56,267 nucleotides of DNA from Desulfonatronovibrio sp. (lineage in GTDB: Bacteria; Desulfobacterota; Desulfovibrionia; Desulfovibrionales; Desulfonatronovibrionaceae): positions 1-56,267 of the forward strand of contig JAWOGL010000232.1 of assembly GCA_046496945.1 (NCBI GenBank). Direction: 5' to 3'. A program made the translations under genes and the position numbers. Below are positions 48,909 through 56,267 of this stretch, piece after piece (within the stretch, counting starts at the first letter, position 1; every line of letters starts with the position of its first letter). The notes under the pieces are model-generated. The model was not told the origin of the DNA and searched no databases. It saw only the letters and a list, made by a program, of their open reading frames with translations.

Positions 48909-50972
48909 TCAGCCGGCCTGGTCTTCGCGGCTCTCCGCGATTATCTTTTCCGCTATGGGCGCGGGGCATTCTTCATAATGATCAAACTCCATGGTAAATG
49001 TTCCCTGCCCGCCGGTCATGGAGCGCAGGTCCTGGGCATACTGCAGAATTTCAGACATGGGCACGTGAGCGCGCACTTCGGTTATGCCCTTGTCTGAATC
49101 CGACCCCAGAACCTTTCCTCTCTTGCTGGAAAGATCCCCGATCACATCACCCATATATTCATCAGGCACATAAACCTGGACCAGGACTATGGGTTCGAGC
49201 AGCACTGGTTTGCATTGTTCAACCGCCTTTTTAAAAGCCATGGATCCGGCAATCTTAAAGGCCATTTCAGAAGAATCAACGCTGTGATATGATCCGTCAT
49301 AAAGGGTAACTCTAAAGTCAACCACGGGATATCCGGCAATTACGCCTCTGGACGCGGTTTCCTGAATGCCCTTATCCACTGCGGGAATATACTGCCTGGG
49401 AATGGAGCCGCCGACAATAGCGTCCACGAATTCGTATCCCTGCCCTCTCTGCCTGGGTTCCAGCCTGATCCAGCAATCTCCGAACTGCCCCCGGCCTCCG
49501 GTCTGTTTCTTGTATCTTCCCTGAACCTCGGCTTTGCCTTTGATGGTTTCGCGGAACGGGATTTTGGGAGTTTTAAGTACAATATTGGCCTTGTAGCGTC
49601 TCCTGGCTTTTTCCACAGCGGTTTCAATATGCAGCTGCCCCATGCCGGACAAAAGCATGTCTCCGGTTTCTTCATTTCTGGCCAGAGTCAGATTGACATC
49701 CTCATCCAGAAGCCTTTGTACCGCTGAAAATACCTTGTCTTCCTCGCCTTTAACCTCGGCGGCCAGGGCGTATGATAGTATGCAGGGAGGAAGGTCTTCG
49801 GTTTCCAGGATAAATGACCCTCCTTCATTGCAAAGAGTGTCTCCGGTTGTGGTTTTTTTAAGTTTGGGAGCGGCCACTATAGCGCCCGGACCTATTTCGG
49901 TTTTAACCGGGATCTGTTTTTTTCCTTCCAGAAAAAGAAGCTGGCCAAGTTTTTCCTTTTCTTCTTTCACAGGATTGACCAGGGTCGTGTCCGGAGACAA
50001 TCTGCCGGACAGGATTCTCATCATGCTCAAATGACCGGCAAAAGGATCTGTGATTGTCTTAAAGACAAAGGCAGCCACTGGTTCATCAGGATGGGACTTT
50101 CTCTGGGTCCCGTCCCGGCCCTCCCAGGGGGCATGCTCTAAAGGCGAGGGCAGAAGTTGTTGAACGGCCTCCATGAGTTTTTGTCCGCCTTTGTTCTCCA
50201 GAGCCGCGCCGACGCAGATAGGAACAATCTCCCGGGACAAAACTCCCAGGTGCAGGCCTTTATACATTTCATCCGGCGTGAGACTGCCCTCTTCCAGGTA
50301 TTTTTCCATCAGTTCTTCGTCACTCTCGGCGATATTTTCTACAGCAGCCTCCCTGGTTTCCTCGATCATATCAGCCATATCTTCAGGGATATCGCCCTGG
50401 GTAAGCTTCCCGTCTTCAGCAAAAAAATACGCCTTGTTTTCCAGAATATCCACTATCCCCTTAAAATCCGATTCCGCGCCTATGGGATAATAAAGCTGGA
50501 CCGGCTTAATACCCAGCATGTCAATAAGGCTCTGATAGGCCATTTCATAGTCAGCCCGTTCCCGGTCCATTTTATTGATGAAAAATATTGCCGGCAGGTT
50601 CAGTTTTCTGGTTTCCGACCAGATTTTCTTGGTCAGAGGCTTGGCTCCGTCAATGGCATCAATGACAAAGACAACCGAGTCCACAGCTGTCAAAAGATAA
50701 TTAATGTCTCCTATAAAATTATTATCTCCGGGAATATCCACTAGAAAATGCTGATTTTTATTCCAGTTAAAAGTGGCAAATCCAGGCTGAACACTCCCCC
50801 TTCTTTTGATTTCCTCGGGTTCGAAGTCAAGAGCAGTGGTTCCTTCTTCAATCTTACCCAGCCTTTGAATGGCTTTGCAATTATACTGAATCATCTCAGC
50901 TACAGAAGTTTTGCCGGCACCGCCATGTCCGACCAAGGCGTAGGTTCTTTGATTTTCCAACTTATCCAGCAT
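48909..50972 (-). CDS. Elongation factor G paralogue (EF-G2 type)
   Basis: GHGGAGKT, NKMD, GMGQLH, KKQTGGRGQFG, DSSEMAF, LRSMTGG; outside the str operon; divergent G2 and G3 motifs. Confidence 0.92.
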   Translation of the reverse strand: MLDKLENQRTYALVGHGGAGKTSVAEMIQYNCKAIQRLGKIEEGTTALDFEPEEIKRRGSVQPGFATFNWNKNQHFLVDIPGDNNFIGDINYLLTAVDSVVFVIDAIDGAKPLTKKIWSETRKLNLPAIFFINKMDRERADYEMAYQSLIDMLGIKPVQLYYPIGAESDFKGIVDILENKAYFFAEDGKLTQGDIPEDMADMIEETREAAVENIAESDEELMEKYLEEGSLTPDEMYKGLHLGVLSREIVPICVGAALENKGGQKLMEAVQQLLPSPLEHAPWEGRDGTQRKSHPDEPVAAFVFKTITDPFAGHLSMMRILSGRLSPDTTLVNPVKEEKEKLGQLLFLEGKKQIPVKTEIGPGAIVAAPKLKKTTTGDTLCNEGGSFILETEDLPPCILSYALAAEVKGEEDKVFSAVQRLLDEDVNLTLARNEETGDMLLSGMGQLHIETAVEKARRRYKANIVLKTPKIPFRETIKGKAEVQGRYKKQTGGRGQFGDCWIRLEPRQRGQGYEFVDAIVGGSIPRQYIPAVDKGIQETASRGVIAGYPVVDFRVTLYDGSYHSVDSSEMAFKIAGSMAFKKAVEQCKPVLLEPIVLVQVYVPDEYMGDVIGDLSSKRGKVLGSDSDKGITEVRAHVPMSEILQYAQDLRSMTGGQGTFTMEFDHYEECPAPIAEKIIAESREDQAG

Positions 50973-51414
50973 TAAATTTGCCCCCTTTGATCATTTCTAT
51001 TCTTGTTTGGAGATAATGAGAGTCAAGGTTCAACCACACCTGCAATAATTTTTACATACATTGAAAAACCCTTTTTTTCAACAAGGGCTTATGCCAAAAT
51101 CAAAAAGAAGATCAGCCCGTCTTGATCATAGACATAATCAGCAGACCGGAGTAATTATCGGTCCCGGCATTTAGTTACCAGACAATATACTGAAAATATT
51201 TTTCCGGATGCCGTACCCGGACATACCCGGAACAATCCTGCAATCAATGATTCTATCCTATTGAAAGAGGATTGAAAAGTTGTCAAGTTGTTCCTGACAC
51301 CATAAAATACAGAAACCAGCCACTGCTTACCGCAAGCCTGCCCGGTCAGGCCTTAACTGGCTGTTAAATTATGCTGACGACCTGAAAAACAGGTTAAACA
51401 CTCACGACAAACTT

Positions 51415-52353
51415 ATGAATAAAAATACAGAATTGCTACTTATTTCTCCAGAAAAAATAACCATGACAGAACCGTGTCTTTTCTGGGCCAGAGAACCTGA
51501 TCAGGATTTTGTCCGCAGCATTGAGCGTTTCGGGCAGATGGAACCGGTTCTGGTCATGAGTAAGCCTGAAAAGAAAGTTCTGGTGGCCGGATACAAGCGA
51601 ACCAGGTCTCTTATGCACCTGGGCCGTGATATCATCGCCCTGGAAATCCCTCCTGCAGAAGATTACTGGAAAGGCATCGTCTATCTTTTATCCAATCAGA
51701 ACCAGATCCTGGACCCCGGAAAAACAATCCTTGCCCTGCGCTATTTTCAGTCAGCAGGCAATCTCTCGCAGGAAGTATGGACTCAGCTGCACATCAAGCC
51801 GGGTTCAAAAATACAGACACTGTGGCAAAACTGGCTGGAACTGCCTCTGGTCTGGGACGGTCTTCTGGCTGGAGGAAATATTTCAGTGGAGTGTTCCCGG
51901 ATATTAAAGCAGACCGGGCCGGATGACCGGCAATGCCTTTTTCCGTTTTTTTCCCGCCTGAGCTGGTCCAGAAACAACAGCATTAACCTGCTTTCCTGGC
52001 TTGATGAAACAGCAAGGAAAGACCACAAAGGCATGTGTCAACTCATTGATGAACTGAAACTAGCTTCTATACTGGACAAAGACCTCTCTCCCCAGGACAA
52101 AATAAAATCTATTCTCAAACTGGCTTTTCAGGCTAGATATCCTCTTCTGTCCACCATGAAAAACGACCTTGAGCACAGGCTTCGCAGCACGGCCGCGGGT
52201 TCAGGCTGGCGTATGGAGCACAGGGATGAATTTGAATCCACGGAGATTCACCTCTTTACCAGGATAAGCAGCAAACATGATTTAAAAAAGGCTTTGGACG
52301 AACTTGAACAAATTTACCAATCCGGCGCCCTGGACGACTGGCCGGTAAAATAA
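51415..52353 (+). CDS. ParB/Srx-like N-terminal domain protein
   Basis: SIERFGQMEPVLV...LVAGYKR resembles ParB boxes I and II; 1 nt before the next gene. Confidence 0.6.
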   Translation: MNKNTELLLISPEKITMTEPCLFWAREPDQDFVRSIERFGQMEPVLVMSKPEKKVLVAGYKRTRSLMHLGRDIIALEIPPAEDYWKGIVYLLSNQNQILDPGKTILALRYFQSAGNLSQEVWTQLHIKPGSKIQTLWQNWLELPLVWDGLLAGGNISVECSRILKQTGPDDRQCLFPFFSRLSWSRNNSINLLSWLDETARKDHKGMCQLIDELKLASILDKDLSPQDKIKSILKLAFQARYPLLSTMKNDLEHRLRSTAAGSGWRMEHRDEFESTEIHLFTRISSKHDLKKALDELEQIYQSGALDDWPVK

Positions 52354-52354
52354 C

Positions 52355-53491
52355 ATGCAGGAATCTTTTACAGCAAACCTTCCCGGCCATATGACTGTAC
52401 CGGGCAAAATCTATGTGGATGAAGAGGCCCTTCATACTCCCCTGGCCCGCAAAGTCATGCGGAAACTGCCAGGCATTCCAGTAAAGACAGTCCGGGCCGG
52501 ACAGGACATTTTCAGGGAAAACCCCCAGAATAATTTTCCGGCGATCTATCTTAAACATTACCGGGGCAAGTTCCTGCGGCCCTGCCCGGCTACCCGGACA
52601 TACCGGTGCTGCGGGTATCAGATAATCCATATCGGGGAAAACTGTCCCCTGAACTGCAGCTACTGCATACTGCAGGCCTATTTCCACGACCAGATCCTTA
52701 AGGTCTGGGCCAATCAAAGCGATTTGTGGTCTGAACTGGACAGCGCCTTTGGCCGGGACAATAGCAGACTTTTCAGAGTTGGAACCGGCGAATTTACGGA
52801 TTCTCTGGCTCTGGAGCACCTTACTGAATATACGTCTGACCTGGTGGGGTTCCTTGAAAATTATCCCAATGTCCGCCTGGAACTCAAATCCAAAATCATT
52901 GACCTTAGCTGGATGAAAAAAACTTCATCCAACCGGAACATTCTGCCGGCATGGTCTGTAAACAGTCCGGACATTGTTTCAACCGAAGAAGCCGGGGCGT
53001 CCACTCTGGAGGAACGCCTGCAGGCGGCCAGATACTGTGCTGACCAGGGATTCAGGGTCTGTCTTCATTTTGATCCCATAATCCACTATCCGGGATGGGA
53101 AAAAGGATACTCCCGGACCGTGCAGATGATTCTGGATTATCTAAGGCCCGAAAATATAGCCTATATAAGTCTGGGTTCTTTCAGATACATGCCAGGGCTT
53201 AAAGACATGATAATGCGCAATCATCCGGGCTCAACCTACATCTACAATGAATTCATCAGCGGAATGGATGGAAAAACCCGGCTGCTCCTGCCTCTGAGAC
53301 TCGAACAGTTCAGATCCATAGCAGGAAAACTCAGACATGGCGGGCTGTCCACTCAGATATACTTCTGCATGGAATCTGATCTGGTCTGGAAGGATGTTTT
53401 GGGCTATACCCCCAAGGACCTCGGCGGGCTGGCAAAACATCTGCTCAAGCTTAGTTTTCAGCGCGAACCGGACAATTATATATTTGACTAA
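52355..53491 (+). CDS. Spore photoproduct lyase (SPL) family radical SAM protein
   Basis: CPLNCSYC.LQ, GTGEFTDSLALE, LELKSK, LEERL.AA, HFDPII, YFCME. Confidence 0.88.
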   Translation: MQESFTANLPGHMTVPGKIYVDEEALHTPLARKVMRKLPGIPVKTVRAGQDIFRENPQNNFPAIYLKHYRGKFLRPCPATRTYRCCGYQIIHIGENCPLNCSYCILQAYFHDQILKVWANQSDLWSELDSAFGRDNSRLFRVGTGEFTDSLALEHLTEYTSDLVGFLENYPNVRLELKSKIIDLSWMKKTSSNRNILPAWSVNSPDIVSTEEAGASTLEERLQAARYCADQGFRVCLHFDPIIHYPGWEKGYSRTVQMILDYLRPENIAYISLGSFRYMPGLKDMIMRNHPGSTYIYNEFISGMDGKTRLLLPLRLEQFRSIAGKLRHGGLSTQIYFCMESDLVWKDVLGYTPKDLGGLAKHLLKLSFQREPDNYIFD

Positions 53492-53530
53492 TCACCATTT
53501 GTCAGATAGATTTAAATGTTTAACTTTTGC

Positions 53531-53614
53531 GCGAGAGTGGCGGAATTGGCAGACGCACTGGACTTAGGATCCAGCGGTATAACCGTGGGGGTTCAACTCC
53601 CCCCTCTCGCACCA
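53531..53614 (+). tRNA. tRNA-Leu(TAG)
   Basis: GCGAGAG acceptor stem, anticodon arm CTGGA-CTTAGGA-TCCAG, GGTTCAACTCC, CCA end; upstream of tig. Confidence 0.95.
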
Positions 53615-53770
53615 TTTCGCGCATAAGGACTCAACTGTCCGCCAGTTACAATATACATTTGGAAAATATCAAAAAGGCCTGGAGTTCTATTTTGAACTCC
53701 ATAATCATGATTTTTAAATTTTGGACTTAATTGTTTGTGTCCAAATCTATTTCAGGGAGGATCTAATACA

Positions 53771-55102
53771 ATGGAATATAATGTTGAAAACATTAGTCCG
53801 GTAAAAAAAGAAATTAAAATTCAGGTTCCAGCCGAGGAGGTTCATGCTTCCCTGGCCGCCACAACCGCCTTGTATCGCAACCAGGTTGACATTAAGGGAT
53901 TTCGCAAAGGAAAAGTTCCTTCATCGGTTGTTGAAAACAAGTTTAAGAAGCAGATATACAACGAAGCAACCTCTGAACTCATTAACCTGCATATCAACCA
54001 GATACTCAGCGAGCTGAAAATCAATCCCCTTTCCCGCATTGATGTAGATGCCGGGCAGATGAACCGGGGCGAGGACTTCAATTATTCCATAAGTTTTGAG
54101 GTCGCTCCTGAATTTGAACTTCCAGATTATACCGGCATTGTCATTGAGGAAGAAGACGTGGAATTCAACCCGGATGAAGTACAAAAGGTAATCGACCGGG
54201 TCAGGGACAACCTGGCTGAAATGGTTGTGATCGGCGAAGAAAGACCTCCCCGGGACGGCGAGATCGTGGTCATTGACTTTGAAGCCTATAAAGACGGCAA
54301 ACCCGTTGAAGGGGTCAAGGCGGACAACTTCCAGATGACTCTGGGCCAGGGCAATGCTCTGGCTTCTTTTGAAGATCTGGTCAAAAGCATCAAACCCGGA
54401 CAGACCGGTGAAGCTGAAATCACTCTGCCTGAAGACTTTCTTAATAAAGAACTGGCCGGACAAAGCGTGCTGATGAAAGTAACCCTTCATTCCATTAAGG
54501 AAAAAAAGCTTCCGGAAGTAGATGATGAACTCGCTCAAAAGGCAGGTGGATTCGAAAGCATTGACCAGATGAAGGAAGTCATTGAAAAGTCTTATGTCGG
54601 ATCCCGAAAACAGCTCCATAAAAGTACGGCCCAGAAAAAAGCCCTGGACGAACTTAAAGACAAGGTTGAGTTTGAACTGCCGGAATCTCTGGTCAAAGGC
54701 CAGATCGAACAGAAAATTGCTGAACTGAAAAACAGCACCGAGAAAAAAGGGAAAAGTTTTGAATCTCTGGGCAAAACCCAGGAAGAACTGCAGGAGATGT
54801 TCAAGGCTGACGCCGAAGACATGGTTAAATCCCAGCTGTTCCTTCTGGCTGTGGCCGACCGTGAGGAACTCACAGTTGACCAGCAGGAAATTGATGCTTA
54901 TCTACGGACCATCGCCCGCAACAGCGGCCAGGATTTTGACAAGGTAAAAAGCTTCTACGAAGAAAACAATCTCATGTTTGCCCTGAAAGACAGTCTACTG
55001 GCGGACAAGGCCATGGAACACATCTATGAAAAGGCCGAGGTAAAAATCATTCCTCCGGCTGAGGAAACAGAAAACTCTGAAGATCAGCAGGACCAGGCAT
55101 AA
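53771..55102 (+). CDS. tig: Trigger factor
   Basis: GFRKGKVP signature; FKBP domain; GGAGG RBS before ATG 53771. Confidence 0.96.
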   Translation: MEYNVENISPVKKEIKIQVPAEEVHASLAATTALYRNQVDIKGFRKGKVPSSVVENKFKKQIYNEATSELINLHINQILSELKINPLSRIDVDAGQMNRGEDFNYSISFEVAPEFELPDYTGIVIEEEDVEFNPDEVQKVIDRVRDNLAEMVVIGEERPPRDGEIVVIDFEAYKDGKPVEGVKADNFQMTLGQGNALASFEDLVKSIKPGQTGEAEITLPEDFLNKELAGQSVLMKVTLHSIKEKKLPEVDDELAQKAGGFESIDQMKEVIEKSYVGSRKQLHKSTAQKKALDELKDKVEFELPESLVKGQIEQKIAELKNSTEKKGKSFESLGKTQEELQEMFKADAEDMVKSQLFLLAVADREELTVDQQEIDAYLRTIARNSGQDFDKVKSFYEENNLMFALKDSLLADKAMEHIYEKAEVKIIPPAEETENSEDQQDQA

Positions 55103-55164
55103 AATCCGGCTGTCCGACTAAATCCTTTTTCATAAGAATCAGAAGAGTTAATCAAGGAGAAACA

Positions 55165-55770
55165 ATGAGTTACAATATTCCTATGGTCATAGAAAGCACT
55201 GGCAGAGGCGAGAGGGCCTTTGACATCTATTCCCGGCTGCTCAAGGACAGGATTGTTATCCTGGGCACGCCCATTGACAATAACATAGCCAATCTCATAT
55301 GCGCCCAGCTCCTTTTCCTGGAATCTGAAAATCCGGACAAGGAAATCAACCTGTACATAAATTCCCCGGGCGGATCTGTAACCGCCGGCATGGCTATTTA
55401 CGACACCATGCAATACATATCCGCGCCTGTAGCCACTCTTTGTCTGGGGCAGGCAGCCAGCATGGGATCTCTGCTTCTGGCCGCGGGACATGCCGGGATG
55501 AGATATTCCCTTCCTCACAGCAGGATACTTATCCACCAGCCCATGGGTGGTTTTCAGGGCCAGGCCACGGATATTGACATCCAGGCCAAGGAGATTATCA
55601 AACTCAAATCACAACTGAATGAGATACTGGCCAAGCATACCGGGGCAGAACTGTCCAAAATCGAACACGATACGGACCGGGATTATTATTTAAGCGCCCA
55701 GGAAGCCAAAGACTACGGGCTTATTGATAATGTTCTCACTTCCAGAAGTGAAGTTGAAAAATTAAGCTGA
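55165..55770 (+). CDS. clpP: ATP-dependent Clp protease proteolytic subunit
   Basis: [33 protein letters not shown]. Confidence 0.98.
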   Translation: MSYNIPMVIESTGRGERAFDIYSRLLKDRIVILGTPIDNNIANLICAQLLFLESENPDKEINLYINSPGGSVTAGMAIYDTMQYISAPVATLCLGQAASMGSLLLAAGHAGMRYSLPHSRILIHQPMGGFQGQATDIDIQAKEIIKLKSQLNEILAKHTGAELSKIEHDTDRDYYLSAQEAKDYGLIDNVLTSRSEVEKLS

Positions 55771-55813
55771 TTATTTGATTTACTAACAGAAACTCAGCTA
55801 ATCGAGGTGACCA

Positions 55814-56267
55814 ATGGCTAAAAAAAAGCCTTATGTTTATGATCTGTGTTGCTCATTCTGCGGAAAAACCCAGGAGGAGGTTGACAGGCTTATAGCCGGA
55901 CCGGATGTGTATATCTGCAACGAATGCGTACATCTGTGCGATGAAATTATCGCACAGGACCATGAGGAAGAGGGAAGCGAAAGCGAATCCCTTATGCCTC
56001 CTTCAGAAATCAAGCAAGCTCTTGATGATTATGTAATCGGCCAGGATGGTGCCAAGAAGACCTTGGCCGTGGCTGTATACAACCACTATAAAAGAGTCCG
56101 CTATGCCGGCAAAAAAAACGAGGTGGAACTGGACAAGAGCAATATTCTGCTCATCGGTCCTACAGGATCCGGCAAGACTCTTCTGGCCCAGACGCTGGCC
56201 AGGGTTCTAAGGGTTCCATTTGCCATTGCCGACGCCACCACCCTGACTGAAGCCGGTTATGTCGGGG
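55814..56267 (+). CDS. clpX: ATP-dependent Clp protease ATP-binding subunit ClpX (runs off the window edge)
   Basis: Manual translation: MAKKK...CSFCGK...[51 protein letters not shown]. Confidence 0.97.
   Translation, partial: MAKKKPYVYDLCCSFCGKTQEEVDRLIAGPDVYICNECVHLCDEIIAQDHEEEGSESESLMPPSEIKQALDDYVIGQDGAKKTLAVAVYNHYKRVRYAGKKNEVELDKSNILLIGPTGSGKTLLAQTLARVLRVPFAIADATTLTEAGYVG

Overview
Window from a Desulfovibrionales-type sulfate reducer; the gene set and order resemble Desulfonatronovibrio, but that assignment is inferred. Positions ~6.5-56.3 kb are mostly core chromosome: tRNA-Leu(GAG)-secG-tpiA-pgk, a Liv-type ABC transporter cluster with two acyl-CoA ligases, rimI, mreB, gcvT, rsmE, metG, ricT, nfnAB-like genes, alaS, recA, folE2-nikR, ftsEX, nrdJ, the NAGGN osmolyte operon, rnj, an EF-G paralogue, a ParB-like/SPL radical-SAM pair, and tRNA-Leu(TAG)-tig-clpP-clpX. 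Positions 1-6.4 kb are the right end of a decayed island next to tRNA-Leu(GAG), with a truncated tyrosine integrase. The strongest signal is two paralogous secreted DUF1566 (Lcl/C-type-lectin-fold) genes. Their 5' parts differ mainly at synonymous third codon positions, but their last ~140 nt differ mainly at positions 1-2 of NNC/NNT codons and end in an identical GC-rich tail followed by a hairpin. This is the footprint expected of diversity-generating retroelement (DGR) variable regions, yet no RT or template repeat is visible in the window. These genes sit in an array where short genes alternate with copies of a ~550-bp repeat.
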